This document shows, piece by piece, positions 9,799-21,571 of a stretch of 64,000 bases of DNA. A model generated the notes under the pieces. That model was not told the DNA's origin. It saw nothing but the letters and a program-made list of their open reading frames with translations, and did no database searches. The first letter of the stretch is position 1. Each line of letters opens with the position of its first letter. A program made the position numbers and the translations under genes. The DNA is from Tetramitus jugosus (taxonomy: Eukaryota > Protista > Heterolobosea), in NCBI GenBank assembly GCA_937625935.1, contig OW569377.1, forward strand, positions 395,823 to 459,822, read 5' to 3'.

Positions 9799-12045
9799 TC
9801 ATAGATCCTGGATGCCAAACAATCTGTTTCGATCCACAATACAAGTAATCTCGGGCCTGTGTTGCACCGAAAACGAATGCTCACTAAACATCCGAAACTT
9901 ACCAACCCAGGATGGTATGTGATGAAAGCTCACATACCTTAATTCTATTACATCCTTGTTATGCACAACATTTAATTGATCCAACACATTGCACAGAGCG
10001 TTAGAATCTGTTGTGTGTCGGAACGGAAATTCCTTCTCTCTATGCCTCACAATCTCATAGGGTGTCTGATTCTGTAACAACCAACTCGAGCTTGGAATAA
10101 TGAGTGAAGATGAAGACAAGCGCTTATGCATTCTCTCGTCTTCTCCGTCTTCGCTTTCATTGAGACTCTTACTCTCCTCAACACTCTTATCCACACTCGT
10201 ATCATTCTTGTACTCACTATCAACAAACACGCGATAACACGTATCGTCCACGAATATTGTTGAACAGTACCGAGTGTCATAATCGTAGCATAGAGTTGAA
10301 GTTTCAATTGGTCCCAAAGTAGATCCCGCATGATTCACATAAGCAGAGCAAGTCGTTGTCCCAGTATCCCATTGAGGACTATAATGATAGTGCACATAGT
10401 TGCCATAACGACTCAAATTACGCACCTTTCTCTTTCCAATGTTGGAATGTGCGGCCAAACCAAATGAAAACCGCTGTTTCACATCAGGTTTCTGTCCAAT
10501 AACGTCGCTCGAAGCTGTTTTGAACTCGACGCTCACTGCTGATCTCCCTACATGATAACAATGATGATTCTCCTGCAAAGAAGCATCACCACTATTATTG
10601 TTATTAGTACTATTGTTCCACTCTCTCAGCATTGGCAAATAAAACTGAGAGCTCAACGTACTCTTGTTTTGCAAATTTTGACACTGAATAAGACTGACTC
10701 GCTTGAGAGAAGCGAATTTGAACCTAGGTTTTTGTTGTTTTTGTTGGCTTCTTTTTTGCTCAACATCAACAACAGCTTCTTTGGTTGCTTGTTTTCTTGT
10801 TGTCATTGTCGACATACTTGTTCGTGGTAGTGGTGACTTTAAATGCGGTACCACATTGTTCTTTCCATTTTTCACTGCACAGTCTGTCATTTCATGAAAT
10901 GACGCAACCAATGTCGTTTCATTTTGCTTATTATTATTATTGTTCACTGTTCTGAAACAATCATCATCATGATCATTCACTCGTGCACAATCAGTGCCAT
11001 TCTGAATCACACTTTTTCGCCTTGTCTTCCCCTGTTTTTCATCATTATCACCACCGCTACTATGACTACTATTACTACTCTTGTTGAGTTCATGATTGTT
11101 ACATTGACATGATGATTCAACTCCCAATTGAATGTGTTCACAAGAGTGACCAGACTCACTCTTCTCATACAAAATGTTGTACGCTACATCACCTTCACTC
11201 ACTTCATCACTCATTTCATCACCTCCTCTATTCACATTATTCACATAATCTTCTTCATGATATTCATCGATTTCGTCACTTTCATTATTATCATAGTAAT
11301 CATAGTAATCACCATAGAGACCACATTGAGCAAATTGATCATGATGATGATGACTATTGTTATTATTATTCTTAATATTCGATGAAGATGATTGTTTCTC
11401 TTGAGTCAGATTAATAATTTGATATTGTTGCTTATATTCGTTGAAACTCTTGTCCAACATGATGACAAATTGTCGAAATGATGAATCAGAGATGCGTGTA
11501 AAATGAGGTTGTTTTGTTTTTCGTTGATGTTGCTTATTTGCATGAGTATTGTTGTTATTTGATGATAAGGATGATGATGCATGATTTTGATGATGATGAT
11601 GATTTGTTGTTGATGATGATGATGATGAATGATCACCATGATGATGACTATGATGATGCTGATGATGATGGTTGTTGTTGTTGTTGTTGTTGGTAGTGCA
11701 ATCGATTCGTTCAAACACAAAAGCTTCTTGCAATGATAACCAATAGGACACAATGTGATACCATTGTGATTTATTGACTTGTTGAATCATGAATTTAGTT
11801 CTCATGTCCAAGTACTCTAATATGTGAAAAGCTAACTCGTGTGGTAACAAGAAACCACTATCATTGTTATTGTGATTGTGAGAGTCATGATTGTTGTTGT
11901 TGTTGTTGTGATGATGATGATCAAAGTGACTAGCGGTCGACGATTTTCTCATGTAGGAGAATTTGCGGCCATGATGTTTTTGTCTCGGTGACAGTGCCCA
12001 TGAGGAAGTTGAAACTCGGAAAAAGAAACTCAATTGTTGTCCCAT
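9799..12045 (-). CDS. F-box domain protein with Asn/His/Ser low-complexity tracts
   Basis: LLPHELAFHILEYLDMRTKFMIQQVNKSQW F-box-like motif; 748-aa ORF. Confidence 0.65.
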   Translation of the reverse strand: MGQQLSFFFRVSTSSWALSPRQKHHGRKFSYMRKSSTASHFDHHHHNNNNNNHDSHNHNNNDSGFLLPHELAFHILEYLDMRTKFMIQQVNKSQWYHIVSYWLSLQEAFVFERIDCTTNNNNNNNHHHQHHHSHHHGDHSSSSSSTTNHHHHQNHASSSLSSNNNNTHANKQHQRKTKQPHFTRISDSSFRQFVIMLDKSFNEYKQQYQIINLTQEKQSSSSNIKNNNNNSHHHHDQFAQCGLYGDYYDYYDNNESDEIDEYHEEDYVNNVNRGGDEMSDEVSEGDVAYNILYEKSESGHSCEHIQLGVESSCQCNNHELNKSSNSSHSSGGDNDEKQGKTRRKSVIQNGTDCARVNDHDDDCFRTVNNNNNKQNETTLVASFHEMTDCAVKNGKNNVVPHLKSPLPRTSMSTMTTRKQATKEAVVDVEQKRSQQKQQKPRFKFASLKRVSLIQCQNLQNKSTLSSQFYLPMLREWNNSTNNNNSGDASLQENHHCYHVGRSAVSVEFKTASSDVIGQKPDVKQRFSFGLAAHSNIGKRKVRNLSRYGNYVHYHYSPQWDTGTTTCSAYVNHAGSTLGPIETSTLCYDYDTRYCSTIFVDDTCYRVFVDSEYKNDTSVDKSVEESKSLNESEDGEDERMHKRLSSSSLIIPSSSWLLQNQTPYEIVRHREKEFPFRHTTDSNALCNVLDQLNVVHNKDVIELRYVSFHHIPSWVGKFRMFSEHSFSVQHRPEITCIVDRNRLFGIQDL

Positions 12046-12370
12046 TATGAATTATGTGCTTGTTTTGTGTGTGGTTGTTGTTGTGGAAGTTTGATGCACT
12101 ATTCGTTTTTGAGGTGATTGATCATTTGATTTTTTGTGTGATGATGGAGAAGGCAATTGCTCTTGTTTGTTGTGTGTTGATTTGTTGTGTTCTTTGAGTA
12201 ATGATTGGTGATTGGGCTTGTACTCGTGCAGATTGAACTGGTTATTGCTGATGTGTTGTCTTGGGGGTATGTGATGCGAGCCGCTGTGTTTTTTTATGGA
12301 AGGCCCCGTCAACAGTCAGCTGCAGGGAGGTATGATGAAAAGGGATAATGACGATGTGGTGAGCTCTTTC

Positions 12371-14428
12371 TTACAAGGGATTTTGCTCCAAGTACTGCAT
12401 GATGAAGCTTGGATGTGAACCTTGACAATGATACCGTGGTTTCTGTTTCTTGGGCTTGAATACAAAGGAGTGACGTACAAGAATTTCTTGTTCCAAATCA
12501 TAGAACTTCTTCATATCGTCCAGAGCTGGGCGATTCTTCTCCAATTGGTCGAGATACTCTTGATCCACTTGTTTTCCTATTCGCTTCTTTTTCTTGTAGA
12601 TGTCCTTCTCGTCAGAGAAGTCATCTTTGAGATTTTTATCCCTCCCAGATTCCTTTGTCCTCTTCTCGCTAGGATTTATGAGCGTCTCTATCTCAGGAAG
12701 ATTAGAAAACATGCGATCATCTGGTTTGTAATTCAACACCTTTGATGTTTCAGGTGTGATACTGTTCAACTCGATGGGTCCTGTGGTTTCATTAGGCTTG
12801 AACTTAGCGTTCTTCATCTTCTCAATTTTGTTTCTCAATAGTCTGGTTGAGTTCAGGACCACAGGAGAAGTTGGAAATACTGTTGTTTTGTTACTTGAGA
12901 GTTTAGATAATGTGTCTTGAATCTTATCATTGTTTCCAAAGTTAAAACTTCGTGGATCTCTTCTAGACCCCTCTGAACTAGACTCAAACTCTAACCTCTC
13001 TGGTTCAGTGACGAACGAAACAGTTGGTTTCCTTTTGAATACTCTTCGGTCTTCCTTCGGTTTAGAATGGTTTGGATAAGGTTCTGGTTGAGGAACAACT
13101 TTCATTGGAAACTCTCCTTCATCAAACAGCATTTCTTCGTCGTCGTTGACAGTAACTTCTTCATCTACAGTTCCAAGAGATAACACCGATTCATTCTCAT
13201 TGAATTCGGAGTACGTCATGGCTTCTGATTCATTGTCATCTCCTTCACTCGCGTAATCTTCGAATTGAATACCTGGGTGACACTCATCGTTGTGATACTC
13301 TGATGTCTCTATCAACAGCTTTGATAGAGTCCATGCTGCGCCACTACCATCACTGAACACAACAAGTAGTCTTTCCTCGATACTCCCATTGTTATTTTCT
13401 GTTACAACAGTACAATACACTACTTCTTGCTCAAAGGGGCCGTAATGAAGATATAATTGACCCTCTTCATTAAAAAGTTGGATAGAATTCGATGTTCCCT
13501 TTGTACAAATAATGTAACTGATACCTGTTGTTGTATTGAAGTGAGAAAGCCAAGTGATTTCGGACTGTTCTCCTGCCAAGTTCGAATACATAATATCTAC
13601 CACCTCGATGGTTTCGGCTATCCGTATTCGAAACACTGTTCCCAACATGTTTCCAAGCAATAAATCATTCCCAGAATCGAGCTGAATGAGATCAGATAGG
13701 TGAGCTATACTAGACTCGATGATGAACTCTTGAATCTTCGAATGGTCTGAGATGTTGTAAAAAATCAATCTTCCAAGGTCACAAGCTACAGCGATCAACT
13801 CTTCACTCACAAAGAATATTCGATAGTTTGCTCGCTTACTTCCAGTTCCAAACAGATTCGACAAGTCAATCTTTGTATTTTTCAAAACAACTGGTCTTTC
13901 GAAACTCTCATCCATATCTAAGACATCCAACTCTCCATCTGTAGAAACGCAAGCTACCCTTTGTCCTGTTGGGGACACTTCAACCTGAGCTATACTAGAG
14001 CTCATTTTGTTCAATACAAACACATCTCCAGGGACTGTTTCTTCGTCATTCCTGTGTCGAAGTAGCGCATAAAACATCTTGTTTGAATGCACATGAACAA
14101 AGATAATCGACAAGCGAGGTAAAAACTGAAATTGGTTCCACTTGGTGGTAGTTGGAGACAATTTCATTGCTCGATCTCTTTTTCCTGATTGAGCAACAGT
14201 AATGCAATACACATTACTTGCGTTATTCGTTAGATCCAACACAGTAAATAAACCTCTGTTATCACTGGACCCCACAATCAATGGAGAATCCTCCTCGCCA
14301 AACAAATACTTTCGACAGCAATTTGTATGACTCAGGGATTCTGATTGCACATCTTTAATATAAAACTCTCCCTCCACTCCTGAGATCTTTTGAAGTTGAT
14401 AACAGGACCGCGTTACTTCGTTCATCAT
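12371..14428 (-). CDS. WD40-like beta-propeller protein with acidic/charged C-terminus
   Basis: 685-aa ORF; repeats such as IAQVEVSPTGQRVACVSTDGELDVLD and LLVVFSDGSGAAW. Confidence 0.6.
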   Translation of the reverse strand: MMNEVTRSCYQLQKISGVEGEFYIKDVQSESLSHTNCCRKYLFGEEDSPLIVGSSDNRGLFTVLDLTNNASNVYCITVAQSGKRDRAMKLSPTTTKWNQFQFLPRLSIIFVHVHSNKMFYALLRHRNDEETVPGDVFVLNKMSSSIAQVEVSPTGQRVACVSTDGELDVLDMDESFERPVVLKNTKIDLSNLFGTGSKRANYRIFFVSEELIAVACDLGRLIFYNISDHSKIQEFIIESSIAHLSDLIQLDSGNDLLLGNMLGTVFRIRIAETIEVVDIMYSNLAGEQSEITWLSHFNTTTGISYIICTKGTSNSIQLFNEEGQLYLHYGPFEQEVVYCTVVTENNNGSIEERLLVVFSDGSGAAWTLSKLLIETSEYHNDECHPGIQFEDYASEGDDNESEAMTYSEFNENESVLSLGTVDEEVTVNDDEEMLFDEGEFPMKVVPQPEPYPNHSKPKEDRRVFKRKPTVSFVTEPERLEFESSSEGSRRDPRSFNFGNNDKIQDTLSKLSSNKTTVFPTSPVVLNSTRLLRNKIEKMKNAKFKPNETTGPIELNSITPETSKVLNYKPDDRMFSNLPEIETLINPSEKRTKESGRDKNLKDDFSDEKDIYKKKKRIGKQVDQEYLDQLEKNRPALDDMKKFYDLEQEILVRHSFVFKPKKQKPRYHCQGSHPSFIMQYLEQNPL

Positions 14429-14546
14429 TGTTGCTGATTTAATTCACCGATCAATCTGTAGTCGCCACAATGGCGCGAACGTGTCCAGTGCAGAGAATAA
14501 TGTATTGGTCACAATTTCACTTGTTCTACTTCATCCGGTGTGTTTA

Positions 14547-17351
14547 TTAGAGATGTGCCTTGATCAGATCCTTCTTTGTGACGACTCCAACGAGCTTACG
14601 TCTCGACAATACCCACGCATGACTCAAACCAACCATCTGAATCAAAAAGTGAACCTTTCCAAGCTTTGTAGAAGCAGCAATAGAAAATGCTGATTCATCA
14701 ACAGGGTAGTTCACTTTTTGTGCCAAAATATTCTCTGGGGCTTCATCCGTATTGTCACTCTGACGCAGCACGCTATCAAGGTATGTCAATAGTTGACGCC
14801 TCGTGGTTGATCCCAAAAAGTTCATTGATTCATCATCCTCCACAACAGGGTAAATCAAGTGACCAGTCTTGTTGAGTGTTTCGACGAGCTTACCTACGGT
14901 CATATCGGCTGAGATCCAGTCCAAGTTCGTTTTCATGATATCCGCTGCAGTTAGTTTGTAACTCTTGGCGTGTCTGATGCTACCGAGGTAAGGTAGACCT
15001 CTAAGATACACAATTGTATCATAAATAGACTTGTTAAATAGATCACCAACACCAACAGCAACCACAGATGCAATCATTGTCGGAACCATGAAAGATAACT
15101 GGCCAGTCATCTCAAACATGACCACAATAGGTGACAGCGTACGGGTAACACCTGCTCCGAGCGCAGCAGCACCTACAACTGCATACCCGCCTGGGACCAC
15201 ATCGCCCCAGAAGAAGGCTGTTGTCTCTCCAATCAAACGACCAACTGCCGCACCAATCATCATGGATGGACCGAAAACTCCACTTGTCACAGGCATCACC
15301 GCAATGGCAATCGTAATAAAGAACTTTTGGACAATTAACACGAGTAGTGTCAGGAAAATCTTGTCCTGGGGCAAATGATCGATACCAAAGAGCTGAGTCA
15401 TGACACGAGTCGAAGATGCAAAAAGCAGAGGATACATGGAGAGACTGAGAGTTGCAGTAATGAGTGAAACACTGCCAACCATGAAATATCTCCTGTGTCT
15501 GACCAGGGAGAATGTTTGCCTCAATCGGACAAGCTTATGGAAAACAGAGATGAACAATGCACTGATCAATCCACACGCAATACCAATCACAACAAACAAA
15601 AAGTACTCCTTTGGCGAATAAGCCAGAGGCTTGAACTTTGTCGAGTAGAGTGTAGGTTCCGTGTTACCCAAGAGACCAGTTTGTCTCCATGTGTAAAAGA
15701 ACAGAGATCCTACGAGAGAACAAAAAATGGCTCGCCACAAGTTTTCAATCTTGTAATAATTGCTCGTGACCTCAACAGTGAACAAAACACCACCAAAAGG
15801 TGATCCAATGGCACCAGCCACGCCAGCAGCACAAGCCGCAGCCAACATGCTCGTCTTCTCCAATTCATTCTTGTTCAATCTCGCAAACGGCTTCAACTTC
15901 AACAATTGGTTGCAAATACATCCAGCAATGTGAACACTGGGACCGTAACGAGCAGCAGGAAAACCAGCACCAATACCACAAATAATACCCAAATACTTTG
16001 CAGTCAATGTTTTTAAATTCAAGTATCGCTCCATCATATTACCCGAAAGAATAGATTTCATTTCAGGCACACCGGAACCAGGTGACTCACCACTAATCAA
16101 ATGCACGCAACCAGCGGCCAAAACAGAAAAGCAGAGACAAAATATCACATAGATGGCACAATTGACTGCGAACCAAGGTGTCAAATCATAAATCATGTTT
16201 CTCGCAATTTCCACTCGATGAATCACAAAATCCAACGAAATGTTCATGAGAGCGCAACACACGGCCAACAAGGTCAAAAAAGTCACATTCAAAAACGGCA
16301 TATTCTTCAACACGTACTTTCTAAAGTAGTATTTTAGCTTATTCAAATGTGAATCATAGTGTCTGCTCGCCCTCGTTCCAATTTCACTCAAACTTCCACT
16401 TCGAAGCACAACAGCACCAATTCCTCGTTCAATTTTTGACAAATCAGCATACGACTTTTTACCCGTGGTCGAATTGCCATCATCATCTCCACCACCACTA
16501 CCACCATCAATGCCACCACTTCCACTACCAATCAGGCCTACACTACTACCACTACCAGTGATACCAGGATTCTTATCAAGATCATTCTTCTTCAGATTGT
16601 TCTTCATCATGACGTCATTTCGCTTATTATTTTCTTCATTGAAATCATCATCATCGTCCGCCATTTCAAACGTAGAGTAATAATCCACTGATTCAAACGT
16701 TTCATCCTTCAATTTTGGTTTCTTGTGATTACTGGCACGACCAATCGTTGTTTTTCTGTTGACTAGTGTGTGACCCAATCGAAGTCCACTACTAATGGAC
16801 ATGGAATGTGAAAGAGAAGGAACGACACTATTCGCATCAGCAGTTGTTGATGATGTCAATGATGATGGAGGAGTATAAATTTGTTGATGACTCATGGTAC
16901 GAACCATGGAACCATCACCACTACCATTAATGCTATGACGATTCAAATGCTTGTTATTATTGTTGTTGTTGTTGTTCGTGTTATTGGTATTGGTGTTGTC
17001 AATGGGTGAATGAAAGCTATTGTAGGTACTGAATGAGACTGAATGGGATCTAGTGTGACCACCTCTCCTGGATCCAGGTGTTGGTGAAGCTGATCGATTA
17101 TTATTTGAAATCACATTTTGTTGATTATCGTTGAGACGAAGTTGGTTGAGGTTGAGAGTAGATGAGGGAGGTGATGTGGGCGGTGTAGCTGATATGACTT
17201 GAATCGCTATGTTGTTGTCGATATGCTTGTTACTGTTGTTGTCGTCATGCTTGTTGTGATTATTGTTGTTGTTGTTGGTATCATCATTGCTATTGGTATT
17301 GTTATTGTTGTTGTTGTTATGACTTGTTGACATAGTAGACACTGTATACAC
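14547..17351 (-). CDS. CLC-family chloride channel with C-terminal CBS domains
   Basis: GSGVPE, GxFxP (GVFGP), LFTVEV, FEMTGQ and SIYD motifs; CBS pair (TAADIMKT...GVVTKKDL). Confidence 0.93.
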   Translation of the reverse strand: MYTVSTMSTSHNNNNNNNTNSNDDTNNNNNNHNKHDDNNSNKHIDNNIAIQVISATPPTSPPSSTLNLNQLRLNDNQQNVISNNNRSASPTPGSRRGGHTRSHSVSFSTYNSFHSPIDNTNTNNTNNNNNNNNKHLNRHSINGSGDGSMVRTMSHQQIYTPPSSLTSSTTADANSVVPSLSHSMSISSGLRLGHTLVNRKTTIGRASNHKKPKLKDETFESVDYYSTFEMADDDDDFNEENNKRNDVMMKNNLKKNDLDKNPGITGSGSSVGLIGSGSGGIDGGSGGGDDDGNSTTGKKSYADLSKIERGIGAVVLRSGSLSEIGTRASRHYDSHLNKLKYYFRKYVLKNMPFLNVTFLTLLAVCCALMNISLDFVIHRVEIARNMIYDLTPWFAVNCAIYVIFCLCFSVLAAGCVHLISGESPGSGVPEMKSILSGNMMERYLNLKTLTAKYLGIICGIGAGFPAARYGPSVHIAGCICNQLLKLKPFARLNKNELEKTSMLAAACAAGVAGAIGSPFGGVLFTVEVTSNYYKIENLWRAIFCSLVGSLFFYTWRQTGLLGNTEPTLYSTKFKPLAYSPKEYFLFVVIGIACGLISALFISVFHKLVRLRQTFSLVRHRRYFMVGSVSLITATLSLSMYPLLFASSTRVMTQLFGIDHLPQDKIFLTLLVLIVQKFFITIAIAVMPVTSGVFGPSMMIGAAVGRLIGETTAFFWGDVVPGGYAVVGAAALGAGVTRTLSPIVVMFEMTGQLSFMVPTMIASVVAVGVGDLFNKSIYDTIVYLRGLPYLGSIRHAKSYKLTAADIMKTNLDWISADMTVGKLVETLNKTGHLIYPVVEDDESMNFLGSTTRRQLLTYLDSVLRQSDNTDEAPENILAQKVNYPVDESAFSIAASTKLGKVHFLIQMVGLSHAWVLSRRKLVGVVTKKDLIKAHL

Positions 17352-17977
17352 CCTAATGTGAATTTCGCTCTTGTGTGGGGTGAGGAATAGGAAAACGTGT
17401 TTGTTGGAGTCTTTTTGTCAAAAAAATGAACGAGCACAAAGCCCAATAGGCTTTGGCGAATGATCAGACTCTCTGTGTCGTCGAAAAGAATCTGGCGGGA
17501 TTACATGCCTTATTTGTAATTTACAGCCAGAAAACGTGTCTAGGAATCCGAAAAATTGTCCGCAATCTACCCGAAGTTTACAACGAAGCGTTGACCTTTT
17601 GTAAACTTGAAGAAAAAATACAGTTAATTTTGTATGGAGAATACAACATACTTTTCAAATATAAAAGTGGTTGGTTCAATAATTATTGCAAGAGTTCATG
17701 TTTTTATTGCTTAGACAAAATTGCATTCATGTGGCTCTCATCATTAATAACTTACAAGTGTGTTGTTCTTGGTTTGACGACATTGTTGTTCAGCGAGTCG
17801 TCTTTCGCTGCGTTTGTTCAACTTGTCTGAACAGCTGATGTTGGAGTGGGTTTTCATGGATTGATGTTTCATTTGTACAAGGGAGGACTAATTGGTGCGC
17901 GCCAGAATAAATCACCTAACCGTCAAATGCAAACGGCAAATAACCTACAGAGGGAGTGAAAGCAGACAATAGTCGCT

Positions 17978-18307
17978 TTAATCCTTCTTGGTGTTCTTCT
18001 TTGTAGCAGTTGTCTTCTTTTGCTTTGTGATTCTCTTGGTTGGATTGCTTTGTCTCTTCTCCAACACGTTGGCAGAGGTTCTTTGGACCTTCTTTGCCTT
18101 CCTTCCCAAGTTCAAGTCACGATAGTTGATTTCCTTTCTTGCACGAGGCTTGGAAACCATGTTTGCTTCCTTGATTTCAGCAGACTCAATCTTCTTTCCA
18201 GTGTCTCTTGGCTTGCTTCTTCTGTTGCTCCAGTGATCTTCAGAGAGTGGTTCAGCTGACTTCTTGGTCTCAGTCTTCTTGGTGGTGGTGCTCTTTGCTT
18301 TTGGCAT
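17978..18307 (-). CDS. Small lysine-rich basic protein
   Basis: 109-aa ORF with biased codon usage and an A-rich leader; no recognised family. Confidence 0.6.
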   Translation of the reverse strand: MPKAKSTTTKKTETKKSAEPLSEDHWSNRRSKPRDTGKKIESAEIKEANMVSKPRARKEINYRDLNLGRKAKKVQRTSANVLEKRQSNPTKRITKQKKTTATKKNTKKD

Positions 18308-18964
18308 TGTTGTTATTTATTATTGGTCGGTTGATTGACGAGTCGTTTAGACGGTTTTAGTGTTCGTTTGTTGTTGTGGTTTGAAAGCTGGACGTGACAG
18401 ACAGAAGAAAACTGGGGAACTTTAAGAGGGACCGGCCAAGGAAGAGCAACTGCTCAGAGATTGACTTCAACGATAAAACGATAATCGAAAAAATGTTGGA
18501 GGATTTTGAAATTAATGGAATATTTTGGTTGACGAGGGTACCCCCTCTAAAAATTCTCTGGCGCCGCTATGCATTTTTACTTTTTCACTTCTTGATCTTT
18601 CAAGTCCTCCCCTGTGTCTCTCTGAACAGCACATTTCAACCCCTTGCAGCAAACGACCATTCATATTAATAACATGAAGCTACAATGTTGATTCAACGAC
18701 CAGAACTTTTCACAAACACCACCTTGCAGTGAAAAAATATGCAGCGACAACGACTCTTCTTGTCGCCTGTCATCGATTTTCCGAACATGTCACTTGAGAT
18801 GACGAAAGAGGATCCTCACTTCACCAAACTGTTTTGTCTAAAACACAAAGTGTTCACATACCCATCGGTAAACAGCAACAAACCACCTCGTTATCGCACA
18901 AACTTATCCACACAAGCGCACTTCTCACATAAAATAATTATTCATCTCAGAACCGTCAACAAAA

Positions 18965-21571
18965 ATGAGTAACAACAATAACATGAGCGCTCATGACTCA
19001 CCAACACCCAACAGTACTGGTCATGCGAACAGCAACAACAACAACAATAATAATAATAGCTTTGCTAGGAGAATGACCAACTGGGTGTCCACCAGTTTGA
19101 AAAAGGGTCAATTTTCGCAGGCCAAAATGGAGCGCGAAAATTTTTCCAACCAACACCCTCATCATCATCATCCTCACAGCAGCAATGACTATGCTACGAC
19201 ATCTCCACGAGCACACAACCCAACCTTGTCCAACAATGAATCGACCAACAACAACAATAATAATAGCAGCAATAGCAACAACTCTCTCAAACCAAGCATG
19301 ATTGTAGGAGAATATTTTATTCAAATGAACAGAGAACATGATTTGATGCAGAGGTATTACACGGAGACGGATAAGCGAATCTCACGAATGAAGAAACACT
19401 CAGAGTCACTCCAAAAGGAAGAACAATTGCTAGGTAGTGCCATGGTTGATTTTGCAACCTATATGCAAACCAATGTTGAATTTGCGTCCGTTTGCAAAAA
19501 ATTTGGTTCCAATTTTCAGAGCATGGCCGCACTGAGACAACAGACACAACAAGTGTCCATGGACTACTTGTCAGTCACTCAGAAACTACAGAGAGAAGAC
19601 AAGGAAGTGGGTAAGCTAAAGCAAAAGTATGATGAAATGAAGAAGCAATACATGGATTTTCACTTGGTTTTGCCTTCTTTACTAGGATTTGAAACTGCAT
19701 CATCATCATCATCTACAGCTACATCTACCACAGCTTCAACAAACACAACTGCAGCTACAGCTACAGCTACAACAACATCTAGTTCATCATCAACAACATT
19801 ATCCTCTAGTCAAGAATCAACAACAACAACACCATTAGTGTCATCTCAAGCATCTGCTTCATCGAGCAACAATCATGTCAATTTACATCAACACAGTAGC
19901 ACAGTGTCGCATCAACAACACGTGTCGCAAATTTTGAGTCGCATGGACCTCAATGCCAAAAAGGAATATTTGAGTAAGCTTGAAAAATTACAAGGTGATT
20001 TTTTCCAAGTCGCCAAAAATTTGAATGTGAGCTACTCGGATTTGTACAATGAGCTAGAGTATCAAATCAGGAGAAGAGATATCGTGTATTATGAGTCATT
20101 TAGATCTCTCATGTACGCTTATTCCTGTTACTTTGAAACTGGTAATCAACTGTTTCAGCAATTGGAGGGCATCTGTAGGCCAAAGGTGTTGTCTGAAGAA
20201 GAAACCATGAGCACGTCTCTCAGAGAAGAGGCAAGTGCCATGGAACGAGGAACCATTCTGGATAGAAGTTTGTTGAGTAAGATTGATGGCTCAGCGAACA
20301 GCAACAGAGACAAGGAAGGTTTCTCTGATGCCACACTCGGACGCTCTCAATTCCAAAAGGTGAGCAAATTGAATGCTCGTCGAAAGATTGTCGACATTCC
20401 ACCCACTGTTTTCCCTTCAATTTTGGGAAAGGACAAGTTGTTTGGCATGGAGTTGAGCAGAATCATGATTGCCGATCCAATAAGACAGAAACGTGTGCTA
20501 CCAAAGCCCATTCAGCAAATGTTTGCTCTGTTGAGTGATGTGGGTGTCAAATCTGAGGGTATTTTCAGAATTCCTGGCGATACAAACTACATGGAAACAC
20601 TCAGAGACACGTTGGAGAGTGGAAATGAGATTTCTGACTTGTCAAAGCCCTATCTCATCCATTCTGTCTCTGGTCTATTCAAGCAATTCTTTAGAGATTT
20701 GCCAGAGCCTCTCATGACATTTGATTCGTTTGATACTATTGTTCCTCTAGGAGCGGTGAATGCCAAGAAGTCTGATGAGGAAATTGTTGCTGTGATTACC
20801 GATTTTCTAACAAAGATCCCACAGGACAATTACGAAGTTCTCTATCAGTTATGCAAGCTCCTGTCACGAGTTCATGATCATCGCGATATTAGCAAGATGG
20901 CTGCATCGAATGTTGGTGTCGTCTTTGGTATGAATCTGTTCAGACCAAAGGTTGATGATCCAGTGAAGGTTGCAACCAATATCAGTAACATGAATCGTGT
21001 TACAACTGTCATGGTTTCTCACTTTGCCACCATTTTTAGTCAAAGATTGGAAGAGGACCAAGAGTGGGAAAGAATCGAGCAGGAGGAGAAGGAAAAACAA
21101 CGACAACAGCAAGAATTAGAACAAGCTGCAGTTTCATCTGATGTTGATCAACATTTGGAGGAGTCGTCAGAGATTGAAACTCAACAAGAAAACGCCAATG
21201 ATCAATCACAAACAGCACTATTAGGAACACAATCAGACAAACCTATTGTGTCAGATAATGTAACGGTTGTACATAGTCCTAACGTTACAAATGACGACAA
21301 TCCATCATCCGTAGATCCTGTTGTTGAACTGTTTAATGATTCAAACGAATCATTACCAATTAAACAACAACGAGAAAGGCCGAAGAAGAAGGTAACAATT
21401 GCACAAAGCAGTGGCGATGATGATCCGTTTGAGATGTCGCAGTTGGAAGCTGTTTTGGCCCCAAGTCTCATTGCCAATGTGGAACACTTGAAAGCTCACG
21501 ACACATACTCTTTGAGAAGAATATCTCATCGACACAACAATGCAAGACATGCACGTGGTAACGAAGATTAA
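18965..21571 (+). CDS. RhoGAP protein with N-terminal BAR-like coiled coil
   Basis: LFGMEL, EGIFRIPG (arginine finger), KQFFRDLPEPL, KMAASNVGVVFGMNL. Confidence 0.9.
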   Translation: MSNNNNMSAHDSPTPNSTGHANSNNNNNNNNSFARRMTNWVSTSLKKGQFSQAKMERENFSNQHPHHHHPHSSNDYATTSPRAHNPTLSNNESTNNNNNNSSNSNNSLKPSMIVGEYFIQMNREHDLMQRYYTETDKRISRMKKHSESLQKEEQLLGSAMVDFATYMQTNVEFASVCKKFGSNFQSMAALRQQTQQVSMDYLSVTQKLQREDKEVGKLKQKYDEMKKQYMDFHLVLPSLLGFETASSSSSTATSTTASTNTTAATATATTTSSSSSTTLSSSQESTTTTPLVSSQASASSSNNHVNLHQHSSTVSHQQHVSQILSRMDLNAKKEYLSKLEKLQGDFFQVAKNLNVSYSDLYNELEYQIRRRDIVYYESFRSLMYAYSCYFETGNQLFQQLEGICRPKVLSEEETMSTSLREEASAMERGTILDRSLLSKIDGSANSNRDKEGFSDATLGRSQFQKVSKLNARRKIVDIPPTVFPSILGKDKLFGMELSRIMIADPIRQKRVLPKPIQQMFALLSDVGVKSEGIFRIPGDTNYMETLRDTLESGNEISDLSKPYLIHSVSGLFKQFFRDLPEPLMTFDSFDTIVPLGAVNAKKSDEEIVAVITDFLTKIPQDNYEVLYQLCKLLSRVHDHRDISKMAASNVGVVFGMNLFRPKVDDPVKVATNISNMNRVTTVMVSHFATIFSQRLEEDQEWERIEQEEKEKQRQQQELEQAAVSSDVDQHLEESSEIETQQENANDQSQTALLGTQSDKPIVSDNVTVVHSPNVTNDDNPSSVDPVVELFNDSNESLPIKQQRERPKKKVTIAQSSGDDDPFEMSQLEAVLAPSLIANVEHLKAHDTYSLRRISHRHNNARHARGNED

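Noticed and set aside
10900-11930. Trinucleotide (AAC/CAT) microsatellites
   Set aside because: They encode poly-Asn/His/Ser tracts typical of this genome's proteins, not a separate element.
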